Part shown: piece by piece, positions 57,259-64,000 of the stretch
Position numbering within the stretch: position 1 is the first letter of the stretch
Layout: each line of letters begins with the position of its first letter
Source: Vitreimonas sp.
Lineage (GTDB): Bacteria; Patescibacteriota; Microgenomatia; UBA1400; PJMF01
NCBI GenBank assembly: GCA_035627515.1
Contig: DASPLQ010000012.1
Span: 1,344,517-1,408,516 of the forward strand
Direction: 5' to 3'
Length of the DNA stretch: 64,000 bases
The notes under the pieces: model-generated
What the model saw: the letters and a program-made list of their open reading frames with translations, nothing else
Told to the model about the DNA's origin: nothing
Databases searched by the model: none
Position numbers and translations under genes: made by a program

Positions 57259-58371
57259 ATGGTTCATAATGATTTGCCCACTACCGCTAAACCAAAGGTC
57301 GCCCTCGGCATGTCAGGCGGTGTCGATTCATCCGTCTGCGCTCATTTACTAATTGAAGCTGGTTATGAAGTCACTGGCATTTTTTTGGAGTGCTGGCGCG
57401 CTCCCGGCTGCCGAAGTGAAGAGGATCGTAAAGATGCCCTCAAAATTGCCCTCGATCTCAATATCCCTTTTCAAGTTCTAGATTTTAAACAAGCATATAA
57501 AGATAAAGTAGTGGAGTACTTCTTTGATGAGTATCACCAAGGTAGAACTCCCAACCCAGATGTGATGTGTAATAAAGAAATTAAGTTCGGCTTATTCTAT
57601 GACTGGGCTATGGCCCAAGGGTATGACTATGTCGCAACTGGTCATTATGCTGATTTAGGCCGAACAGAACAGGGTGAAATTTTTCTGCAAACTCCCACCG
57701 ATGAACACAAAGACCAAACCTATTTTTTGTATCGCCTCACGGCTGATCACCTTCGACACGTGTTGTTTCCCCTGGGAAATCTCACTAAACCACAAGTACG
57801 AGCTGAAGCTGAGCGACGTGGCCTACACGTCGCTACTAAGAAAGACTCTGTAGGGATTTGTTTTATCGGAGACATTAATGTCCATAATTTCTTAGAAGAA
57901 AGATTGGGTAAAAATCCAGGCCAAGTGGTGGATGTACATGGAACTGTCATTGGAGACCATCAAGGTTTGTGGTTTTACACCGTGGGACAACGCCACGGTT
58001 TTACCGTCAACACTACCACTTTAGTTAAACAAAGTGATGGCAGTACTATCAATAAACATAACATTCCACCTTTTTACGTCATCAAAAAAGTACCCGGGAA
58101 AAATCAGTTAGTGGTGGGATTTGGACCAGAGACGTATTTCCAAGAGTTTACTATTCAGGACCCACACTGGATCTCCCAGCCGCCACACGAATCAAAGTTA
58201 TTGGTAAGAATTCGTCATACTGGAAAGTTGTTGCCGGCTACGTTGAAAGACAACCACGTCCACTTAGACGCACCCGTCCAAGGTTTAGCTGAAGGCCAAT
58301 CAGCAGTTTTTTACACTTCATTACCTACTGGCGGCTACCGCTGTTGGGGTGGGGGAATTATCAGTTGTTAA
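57259..58371 (+). CDS. mnmA: tRNA-specific 2-thiouridylase
   Basis: PP-loop ALGMSGGVDSSV. Catalytic Cys residues. 370 aa. Confidence 0.85.
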   Translation: MVHNDLPTTAKPKVALGMSGGVDSSVCAHLLIEAGYEVTGIFLECWRAPGCRSEEDRKDALKIALDLNIPFQVLDFKQAYKDKVVEYFFDEYHQGRTPNPDVMCNKEIKFGLFYDWAMAQGYDYVATGHYADLGRTEQGEIFLQTPTDEHKDQTYFLYRLTADHLRHVLFPLGNLTKPQVRAEAERRGLHVATKKDSVGICFIGDINVHNFLEERLGKNPGQVVDVHGTVIGDHQGLWFYTVGQRHGFTVNTTTLVKQSDGSTINKHNIPPFYVIKKVPGKNQLVVGFGPETYFQEFTIQDPHWISQPPHESKLLVRIRHTGKLLPATLKDNHVHLDAPVQGLAEGQSAVFYTSLPTGGYRCWGGGIISC

Positions 58372-58423
58372 GCTGAGCTTTACTACTATATAATACTGGC
58401 ACATACTAGTTGTAAATTTCCTT

Positions 58424-59608
58424 ATGAAGCACCTTCTTCTTATCCTCGGTATTATCACTCTCAGCCCACTGTCTCTTATTACTCCTACTGCTGCCCATGC
58501 CCAAACTAATACCTGTGCTGAACATCAACCAGTGGATACACAGTTCCGTTCCGGCACCGAGCACTGGGTGAACGGCTCACAAATTACTGCTCAAGGTTTA
58601 CGCCCCAACTCTAGTATTGATATCAATTGTTTTGCCAAGAATGGGTATGCCCACTTACCAAATGCCGTCATCGACGTCACTTTTCCTAACGGCTCCACTC
58701 AGCGCGTATCAAGTGCCCCACAATTACATGGCTACCAATTGACTCAAGTTGGCACCTATACCTTTCGTTGTTCCTCTACTACCATCAACGACTGTGGCAA
58801 CACCGATACCTTGACCGTGCAACCATTTTCAAGTTCGGCGCCAGCATCTTCACCCCAAGCTTCTCCCTCGCCTTCACCCAGTCCCTCAGCTTCGCCTACC
58901 ACCACTCACCGCAGTACGTGTGATGATTTAACCGTAGCTGGAGGCAACAATAGTTTGGTGCCCGCCAAAGTCACCCTGCGAGCCCGAGCCAGCGATAACA
59001 AGGGTAGTATCCAACGCTACAAGTTTTACTTTGGCGATGGCAAACAAGAAGAAAGTGATAATGCAGAAATTCAACACACCTACGAATCCTCAGGCAGCTT
59101 TGTGGCCCGTGTAGATGTTAAAGATAGCCAGGGCAACTGGCGTACCAGTTCCAGTTGTGAAGAAAATGTGACTGTCAAAGCTTCCAGTGTGGAGTCGCAC
59201 AAATCGGGTTGTTCTGATCTGTATATCACTGCTAACAATAATGCCCAAGCTCCCGCTACGTTAAGCTTCCGCGTCACCGGTCACGACAATAAAGGTGGCT
59301 TGCAGCGCTACAAACTTGATTTTGGCAACGGGGTAGTCAAAGAAAGCGATGGTCAAACGTTCGAGCAACACTTTGATAAAGCTGGCACCTATACAGCTCG
59401 AGCCTATGTCAAAGACAGTCACGGTAATTGGCATGGTGGAGAAGACAACTGTAAAAAAACGGTCTATTTATCCACGAAATCATTAACCCGCCAGCCCTCC
59501 ACCGGCACTCCGACACAGTTTTCATTGTTCGGCGGCATGAGTGGCGTGTTAGCTGTTGGCTTGGCTTACTGGAAAAAAGATACCTTGGCTGCGCTAGTGA
59601 AAGCCTAA
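58424..59608 (+). CDS. Secreted cell-surface protein with PKD-like repeats and a C-terminal sorting-signal-like segment
   Basis: Signal peptide. Repeated (Q)RYK(F/L)xFG(D/N)G modules. C-terminal QPSTG + hydrophobic helix + KKD. Confidence 0.55.
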   Translation: MKHLLLILGIITLSPLSLITPTAAHAQTNTCAEHQPVDTQFRSGTEHWVNGSQITAQGLRPNSSIDINCFAKNGYAHLPNAVIDVTFPNGSTQRVSSAPQLHGYQLTQVGTYTFRCSSTTINDCGNTDTLTVQPFSSSAPASSPQASPSPSPSPSASPTTTHRSTCDDLTVAGGNNSLVPAKVTLRARASDNKGSIQRYKFYFGDGKQEESDNAEIQHTYESSGSFVARVDVKDSQGNWRTSSSCEENVTVKASSVESHKSGCSDLYITANNNAQAPATLSFRVTGHDNKGGLQRYKLDFGNGVVKESDGQTFEQHFDKAGTYTARAYVKDSHGNWHGGEDNCKKTVYLSTKSLTRQPSTGTPTQFSLFGGMSGVLAVGLAYWKKDTLAALVKA

Positions 59609-59620
59609 ACTATATCTCAC

Positions 59621-60298
59621 ATGACCCACCCACATTTCGCCACTGTCCAGCGAAGTAAAGGCCCTGCCTGGTTGTGGCCCCTCATTATTGCCTGCTTAGT
59701 AATTGTGTTTCTCATCTGGCTATTTTTAACATATGTGCCGGTATTAATCGTAGAAACAAAATACCAGTCACGGCAATTACTCTCACAAGTTTTCAATGTC
59801 ACTGATATCCGCGAAATCTTTATTCCAAATTTTGAAGCCTTGGGCTTCCGCGGAGCATCAAAATATAAAGACTACGGCATTGTCATTCCAGCGATTTATT
59901 TAGATGAACCAGTGGTTTTTAATGTCGATCCCAATGACCAAACTGCCTACACCGCCGCGCTTAAACAAGGGATTGCCCACGCTTCTGGGACGGCTTTTCC
60001 CGACAATCCAGGCATCGGTTACTACTTCGCACACTCTTCTAATCCAGAATTTCGCCATCAATATAATGCAGTTTTTTATCTACTAGGCAAACTGAAACCT
60101 CAGGATGAAATTTTTATTTGGCATGAAAATGAGTATGTTCGTTATGTAGTCAGCACTACCAAAATCACCGAGCCTGAAGACGTCAGTTTTCTGAACCAAC
60201 CTGCGGATGCGGAAACGATTGTGCTCCAAACGTGCTGGCCGCCTGGAACCACGCAGAAACGATTACTCGTATTTGCTCAAAGAGAAAGAGGGGAGTAA
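59621..60298 (+). CDS. Sortase-family transpeptidase
   Basis: N-terminal TM anchor. VLQTCWPPG (TLXTC-type active-site Cys). Upstream His (FAHSS). C-terminal Arg. Confidence 0.65.
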   Translation: MTHPHFATVQRSKGPAWLWPLIIACLVIVFLIWLFLTYVPVLIVETKYQSRQLLSQVFNVTDIREIFIPNFEALGFRGASKYKDYGIVIPAIYLDEPVVFNVDPNDQTAYTAALKQGIAHASGTAFPDNPGIGYYFAHSSNPEFRHQYNAVFYLLGKLKPQDEIFIWHENEYVRYVVSTTKITEPEDVSFLNQPADAETIVLQTCWPPGTTQKRLLVFAQRERGE

Positions 60299-60509
60299 GA
60301 TGGGGTGGTGGAAAGTGAAAACAACATTATTTATCTAGCAGATTATGTAGCTTCAGCTCGGGATGCTGAGCACCGTTTACTAGCTTCACCATCTGAAGGT
60401 GTTTCTTCAGAGCAAATGCTTCATCAGGTCATTGCTGCTTTGCGAATGGCAGCGGCTTTGAGCGAAGAGATTTTAGCACGAGCCTAAGCTATGCTTTTCA
60501 TCCACTGAG

Positions 60510-61232
60510 CTAAGAAGCGCGACTCATTTCAGTCAAAATACTGACAATTTTTTGCTGTAACTGCGGGGTATTATCTTGTGTTTGTAAACGTTCTACCAAA
60601 ATCTCTGTTTGCTGTTCTAATCTTTTTGATAACACCGCTATATTATTTACCAGCCCATCATAGCTAACAGCAAATTGACCGGGTTTAAGTATCGTTACTG
60701 CTCCAGTATCACCTATAAGTTGCCGCTCCTTACTTTGACCAGGGCGGTAGTAATCATGAATCATTGGACGTTGAGGAACTCCAGCTTCCAAATCATGAAG
60801 CTCTGTTAAGTTTTGAGGCAACTGATCTTTAATTTCTTTAAGATTCTCGATCACCCCTCTAATAGTCGTTAATTGCTTAATGCGGCGCACTAACCGATTT
60901 AATTCGGTACTCAACTCATCCTCAGTACACGTCAACCAATACTCGCGATCAGGACTTGAGCCTTGCCCCATCTCCATCTTAATATCATCGAGTAAAGCTG
61001 CTTGAGGTTCGGAAATATGATTATCTTGCACCAACCATAACTTATTTAACTCTTCATCAGTCAAGAAAAAGGGTTGGTTGAGTGTTCCCTCAAAAGCAGC
61101 GTTTAAACGATTCTGTAAAGTAATCAAATGGGGAAATTGAGCTAACATATCTTTAGTCAGCAGCTGGTCCACCAACTGTTTCGCTTTACCATCATGACCT
61201 GGATTAAACTCAAAACCTGAAATCTCTTTCAT
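60510..61232 (-). CDS. Hypothetical protein (ORFan block)
   Basis: 240-aa ORF. No recognisable motif. AT-rich. Confidence 0.45.
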   Translation of the reverse strand: MKEISGFEFNPGHDGKAKQLVDQLLTKDMLAQFPHLITLQNRLNAAFEGTLNQPFFLTDEELNKLWLVQDNHISEPQAALLDDIKMEMGQGSSPDREYWLTCTEDELSTELNRLVRRIKQLTTIRGVIENLKEIKDQLPQNLTELHDLEAGVPQRPMIHDYYRPGQSKERQLIGDTGAVTILKPGQFAVSYDGLVNNIAVLSKRLEQQTEILVERLQTQDNTPQLQQKIVSILTEMSRAS

Positions 61233-61259
61233 ATATTTCTCCTCTACTCACTATACAAA

Positions 61260-61952
61260 CTACGTAGTTGTTTGACTAGTTAAAGCGTTCCACGTGTTTA
61301 AGATCTGTTCAGTAACTTTAGTATCTTGATTAAGAATTTCCTCCCATTCGGTCACGGCCATAATAACTTCCTGAGGTAATCTGCCAGCTGAGAAAATGCT
61401 TACCGCAACAGCATTAATTCTGATCGCCTTTTCACACATTGTTACCAAGTTCTCACAAATTTCCATAAAACCTGGGTGAGCGCCATATTCACCTTGCTTC
61501 ACATGGTTATACATATCAGCTAACTGAGGCAGCATTTCTAAAATGCCAGTTTTTTGTAAAATATTTGCGGGAAAGCTTGCAATAAATTCTCGACCATACA
61601 ATGAGAGGTGGAACTCTAACAGCTCTTTATCTTCATACGCTAACTGACTAACGTCAGAAACCAACAAACCAAATAGTTCCATTTGATCAACAGTTACTAC
61701 GTTATCAGTGACCTTGAAGTACTCCCTCAGCTGCTGAATATCTGTACAGGATTTTTCGGGCGAAATTCTTAACGGGAAGGTAGGGTTAGACTTTCTAAAA
61801 TTACTCAATCTCTCCGAGATACTTTCACCATAGTAACTATTTATTTCCTCAGCTAAATCACTTTCTATCAAACCCAATATCGCGTGCCCCCAGAACTCAT
61901 TGCCGGGATCAAATTCGTAACAGTTGGGTTTGGTTTCAGTAGTTAGATGCAT
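61260..61952 (-). CDS. Hypothetical protein (ORFan block)
   Basis: 230-aa ORF. No recognisable motif. Confidence 0.45.
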   Translation of the reverse strand: MHLTTETKPNCYEFDPGNEFWGHAILGLIESDLAEEINSYYGESISERLSNFRKSNPTFPLRISPEKSCTDIQQLREYFKVTDNVVTVDQMELFGLLVSDVSQLAYEDKELLEFHLSLYGREFIASFPANILQKTGILEMLPQLADMYNHVKQGEYGAHPGFMEICENLVTMCEKAIRINAVAVSIFSAGRLPQEVIMAVTEWEEILNQDTKVTEQILNTWNALTSQTTT

Positions 61953-61998
61953 ATTAAATATTCATGTTTTTTTAATAATTATTTCTTACAATACTTCT

Positions 61999-62190
61999 AT
62001 GAATAAAGAAGGCCGTCTACCAGACCCTAATTCAGAGAAAATACATCTAGAGCCACCTCCAGTAGAGCCTACAAATACAGATCTCGTGAAAGTTCTCTCC
62101 GCCCTAGATCATTTGAATAAAACAGCAAATCAATTAGACTTCCTACCCGATTATTCTCGGCAACGCCCAGATCCTAAAACTCAACATTAG
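61999..62190 (+). CDS. Small Pro-rich hypothetical protein
   Basis: ATG at 61999 (MNKEGRLPDPNSEKIHLEPPPVEP...). Ends overlapping the next gene's stop. Weak. Confidence 0.25.
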   Translation: MNKEGRLPDPNSEKIHLEPPPVEPTNTDLVKVLSALDHLNKTANQLDFLPDYSRQRPDPKTQH

Positions 62191-62999
62191 TTGCCAGTAT
62201 TTTGAGCGTCCTCGATCACCTTTCTAATTTCTTGATACAAACCTTCTCGTCTGGTTTTAAATTGATTCATATACTCACCTGCTTCACCCATAGCCTGGAT
62301 TAATTCATAGCTGGTTAGTAAATAAAAAGTGGATAACAACATGGTTTCTCCCTCAGGTGAAGCCTTAGTCGCTTGACTATGCAGATCAAAAAGCCGTTCA
62401 TAATCAGCAGGGAAAAGGGTCGTCATACGTACAAACCCATTGGCTTCAGTATGTAAGCTCGGATTGGCATTATATGAGGTTGCATACAGCGCCAGAATCT
62501 GCGTCTGAGCTGCATTTATCAAGGTTAAATAAGTAGTAATTTGATCAGTGAGCGGGAGAGTATCATTCAAGACTGCCAATAAGTTAGCTGCCTCCGCTGG
62601 TTTTTGTTCTGGAGTCACTCGGCCCCATCTTTCGATAAAATAATTGGGACTAAACTTCAGGGCTGACATAATCTGTCGCAAATCCTGAGCAATATACCGT
62701 AAACAAGCTATCTGTCCGTAGGTAGCTACTTTAGTGTCAAAATTTAACTGTAAATTTTCGGCGGTCAAGCCCAGGCGAAGATCTCCTGCGGTTTTCATAT
62801 TCTCTCGTTCTTCCAATAAAATGAAAAAACCCTGGGCAACTAATGACTCAATCTTTTCCCACTGTTCCACAGTAATTTCAGGAGGGTTATTTTTATCAAG
62901 ATAAAAGGTCTCTAAATTAAGTTGATACGCCAAATTCCCAAACTCATCTGAGTGAGTATTAAGCGGGATATGAGGCGGCAGGTTTTCTACTTTTGACAT
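62187..62999 (-). CDS. Hypothetical protein (ORFan block)
   Basis: 270-aa ORF. No recognisable motif. Confidence 0.45.
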   Translation of the reverse strand: MSKVENLPPHIPLNTHSDEFGNLAYQLNLETFYLDKNNPPEITVEQWEKIESLVAQGFFILLEERENMKTAGDLRLGLTAENLQLNFDTKVATYGQIACLRYIAQDLRQIMSALKFSPNYFIERWGRVTPEQKPAEAANLLAVLNDTLPLTDQITTYLTLINAAQTQILALYATSYNANPSLHTEANGFVRMTTLFPADYERLFDLHSQATKASPEGETMLLSTFYLLTSYELIQAMGEAGEYMNQFKTRREGLYQEIRKVIEDAQNTGN

Positions 63000-63067
63000 A
63001 TTGAATATGTATTATAACATGCAAAATAGAACTAGCGTATGACAATCACATCCTATATAATTAAAGG

Positions 63068-63361
63068 ATGGAATATAGTCCACAACTGCCAGACCTAACT
63101 CCTAATTTGCAGGCATTGCTTCAGATAAAACCTGAGCTTGCGGCTATCGTAATTGAAAGAATAGGTCAGGTTGACCAGACAGCAGCTAATATTCTTGCTA
63201 AACTTAATTCCACCTCTCAAACAGAAAATAAAATAATTGCTTTTAACCTTGAAACTTCAGCTGATGGGAATGTGAGCGCAGAACTCGAGCGCATTCAATC
63301 AATCTTGGCGGAAATTGATAACCTCGTAAAGACAGCCTTACAGGGAACTGATCTTCAATAA
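63068..63361 (+). CDS. Hypothetical protein (97 aa)
   Basis: ORF between minus-strand genes. Helical/acidic. Confidence 0.35.
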   Translation: MEYSPQLPDLTPNLQALLQIKPELAAIVIERIGQVDQTAANILAKLNSTSQTENKIIAFNLETSADGNVSAELERIQSILAEIDNLVKTALQGTDLQ

Positions 63362-63364
63362 AAT

Positions 63365-63985
63365 TTAGGCGGCTTTATCTGCCATCTCTTCGGGATCTCT
63401 AATTAAAGTACTAATTATCTTCGCAACCTCATTACTCTGGTTAACTAAAGCGTTATACTCACCTAGTTGTTCTTGCCAATTAGTGACAGTACTACCAAAT
63501 ACATCCATCGCTTGACTCAATTTTTCTAATGCAGTCCGCAGTCGATAATAAAGTGTGACTGATTCAAAAGCAGCAATGGCTTCATCAGCATTATTTAACT
63601 GATCTAATTTATCATAAAAACTCGCACTATCTTTAGTTACTGGTCCTTGGGGGTTAACTTCATCAATTGCTTCATGCTTAACAATAGCACTATCAAATCC
63701 ACTCTCATTCAAAACTCTTAAACCTCTAGTAGCTTCGTTGGCAGTGGTTTTTAATAAAGTAATATACCCACTCAACTGCATGGGGAGTGATTCAATGCCA
63801 ACTCTGATTTCTCGCAAAGTATTTCCCAAATGATCTTTAACTCCCTCAGCACTTATATCTTGGCCTTTCCCATGCTTTTCTTGGGCCATACGCAACCAGC
63901 CGTCAACTTCCAGAAAAAAACTCGTTAAGTTTCCCACCTCTTGGGCAAAAAGAGAGGAGAGGTCTTTTTTTCGAGGATGTTTCAT
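63365..63985 (-). CDS. Hypothetical protein (ORFan block)
   Basis: 206-aa ORF. No recognisable motif. Confidence 0.45.
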   Translation of the reverse strand: MKHPRKKDLSSLFAQEVGNLTSFFLEVDGWLRMAQEKHGKGQDISAEGVKDHLGNTLREIRVGIESLPMQLSGYITLLKTTANEATRGLRVLNESGFDSAIVKHEAIDEVNPQGPVTKDSASFYDKLDQLNNADEAIAAFESVTLYYRLRTALEKLSQAMDVFGSTVTNWQEQLGEYNALVNQSNEVAKIISTLIRDPEEMADKAA

Positions 63986-64000
63986 TAATAATTCAGAAAA

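Noticed and set aside
1-64000. CRISPR arrays, transposases, integrases or recombinases near the inverted repeats or tRNA fragments
   Set aside because: No direct-repeat/spacer array and no recognisable transposase or integrase ORF was found. The inverted-repeat-flanked 17-kb segment is therefore not called a transposon or integrative element.

Overview
The window looks like bacterial chromosome of moderate AT-richness. Coding density is high and many genes have a TATAAT-like box 6-9 nt upstream of the start codon with no Shine-Dalgarno, which suggests leaderless mRNAs. The gene content is consistent with a small-genome, possibly Patescibacteria/CPR-like, organism, though I cannot verify that without a search: an archaeal-type bifunctional PGI/PMI, a CofE-like ligase, a PIG-L deacetylase, three NUDIX and two HD hydrolases, a sortase with a PKD-repeat substrate, and many ORFans. 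Recognisable content: (1) nine tRNA genes (Leu x3, Val, Phe, Gly, Arg, Lys) plus three unusual tRNA-derived fragments; (2) a sugar-phosphate interconversion and lower-glycolysis block at 20.3-34.8 kb (PMM/PGM, nucleotidyltransferase, HAD phosphatases, PfkB kinase, two PMI types, enolase, iPGM); (3) the SOS/NER genes lexA, uvrB, uvrA and uvrC; (4) at 51.9-57.2 kb a multi-gene ATP-grasp amidoligase/peptidase/7TM cassette; (5) a MerR-type regulator with a 19-bp-spacer promoter followed by a 14-codon Cys-rich micro-ORF with a strong SD; (6) a ~115-bp inverted repeat pair bracketing 17 kb, each copy directly upstream of a tRNA-Leu gene; (7) a candidate ~110-nt sRNA with a near-consensus promoter and an intrinsic terminator; (8) a family of ~50-bp palindromic intergenic elements; (9) two disrupted genes (a GNAT gene with an in-frame TAG, and a frameshifted MFS transporter); (10) an ORFan block at 60.5-64 kb. 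I saw no CRISPR array, transposase or integrase.
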